Below, piece by piece: positions 62,702-64,000 of a stretch of 64,000 nucleotides of DNA. Each line of letters opens with the position of its first letter. Position 1 is the first letter of the stretch. Both the position numbers and the translations under genes were made by a program. The stretch is from the human T2T-CHM13v2.0 reference genome, Homo sapiens. The DNA is taken from NCBI RefSeq assembly GCF_009914755.1, contig NC_060930.1; one strand, written 5' to 3'. Under the pieces are notes generated by a model that was not told where the DNA came from, did no database searches, and was given only the letters and a program-made list of their open reading frames with translations.

Positions 62702-63122
62702 TGTGTTAGTCTATTCTTGCATTGCTATGAAGAAATACCTGAGACTGGGTTATTTATAGATAAAAGAGGTTTAATTGGCTCATGGTTCTTCTGGCTGTAC
62801 AGGAAGCATAATGTTTTCTGCTTCTGGGGAGGCCTCAGAAAGCTTCTAATCGTGGTGGAAGACAAAGGGGGAATGAAGCACTTTACATGGCCAGAGAAGG
62901 ATGAAGAGAGAGATGGGGGAGGTGCCACACACTTTTAAATGACCAAATTTCGTGAGAACTCACTCATCCACTATCATGAGAGTAGCACCAAGAGGATGGT
63001 GCTAAACCATTCATGAGAAACTGCCCCCATGATCCAGTCACCTCCTGCCACGCCTCACCTCTAACATTGGGTATTACAATTCAACATGTGGTTTGGTGGA
63101 GACACAGATCCAAACTGTATGA
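62702..63122 (-). mobile_element. MaLR solo LTR (MSTA-like)
   Basis: tgtgttagtctattcttgcattgctatgaagaaatacctgagactggg ... cagatccaaactgtat. Confidence 0.88.
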
Positions 63123-64000
63123 AAATCTGTAAGTTGTATCTGTTTATTCAGAAAGATTATATTCTCAGTTTCAGAATTTAAGAATTACATATTAAATTAT
63201 CAGATAACTTATTTGGTAGAAAAGTTAGGATTACAATTCTATTTTTATTTAACTAGTGCTAGAACACACATTAAAGCACATTTTATTTTAGTGTGCTATA
63301 CTGAAAATTGGAGATCTGTTAGCTGGACAATGGACTAATTTTCAATATGCCCTGTACTATATGACTTTATGAAACTTGGAAAATACTTCAGATTGGGGAA
63401 CAGTATGAGGTATACTATGGGAGGTTTTGAGTCACTATTAGTATATTTTAAGTTCATGCTTTTGTTTTGCAGTGATTTGGGGCTGTGATTGCTCAGAAAC
63501 AATTCTATTCTAGCACAAAAACATAGAGCTATTTATTTTATTTGCACTATTTTGCTACCAAAGTAGCAGTGTACTCCTCTACTTACTGACCGAAAGATAC
63601 TGAACAAGTTATTTTTTTCAACCACAGTTTTGTCATTTGTAAAGTGGGGATAAAAGAAGCCCTAATAATATTGGTGTGTTAAGAAACTGAGATATAGTCA
63701 TTCCCAGCATCTGACTGTTGAGCACTCTCCAACTTTTCCTTTCTGTAATGCAATTCTTGTAAAAAACAAAGTCTTGGCTTTAAATTCTGCTCTATGATCT
63801 TTTTTTCTGCCAAATGTTCCAGGGTTATAATTATATTGTTTTCATATATTAATTCTATACTCAGATGGCCTGTCAATGATGTAGAATGAAGTATACTTAT
63901 CTCTAAATCAGTAAGTCTCCAATTTTGGTATTTTTTTGGAAATGTCTTATATTTGTCATCTCTCTTTCCTTCCTAACACCGTAATTCTAGTTTGGGTGCT

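Overview
Repeat-dense, AT-rich primate genomic DNA, almost certainly human because it contains an Alu with the AluYa5 diagnostic positions. I see no CpG island and no recognisable intact host protein-coding exon. The only host-gene-derived sequence is a full-length processed pseudogene of RBBP4 (minus strand, 40483-42614, 12-bp TSD, two frameshifts). Most of the rest is interspersed repeat: five large LINE-1 copies, about a dozen Alus, MaLR/ERV1/ERVL solo LTRs, Tigger1/MER DNA transposons, and MIR/L2 relics. Nearly all ORF-track entries are L1 ORF2 fragments, Alu read-through or noise. The most notable structures are: (i) a young 5'-truncated L1PA2-like insertion with a ~450-bp 3' transduction, ending in a second, older L1 3' end, all inside one 18-bp TSD; (ii) a cluster of templated-insertion/fold-back repair scars at 41.7-45.4 kb, including a 156-bp inverted copy of sequence 3.4 kb away inserted into a Tigger1 terminal repeat; (iii) a twin-primed inverted L1; (iv) a pristine AluYa5. 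I find no evidence of a new multi-gene system. Repeat subfamily names come from recalled consensus features and need RepeatMasker/Dfam confirmation.
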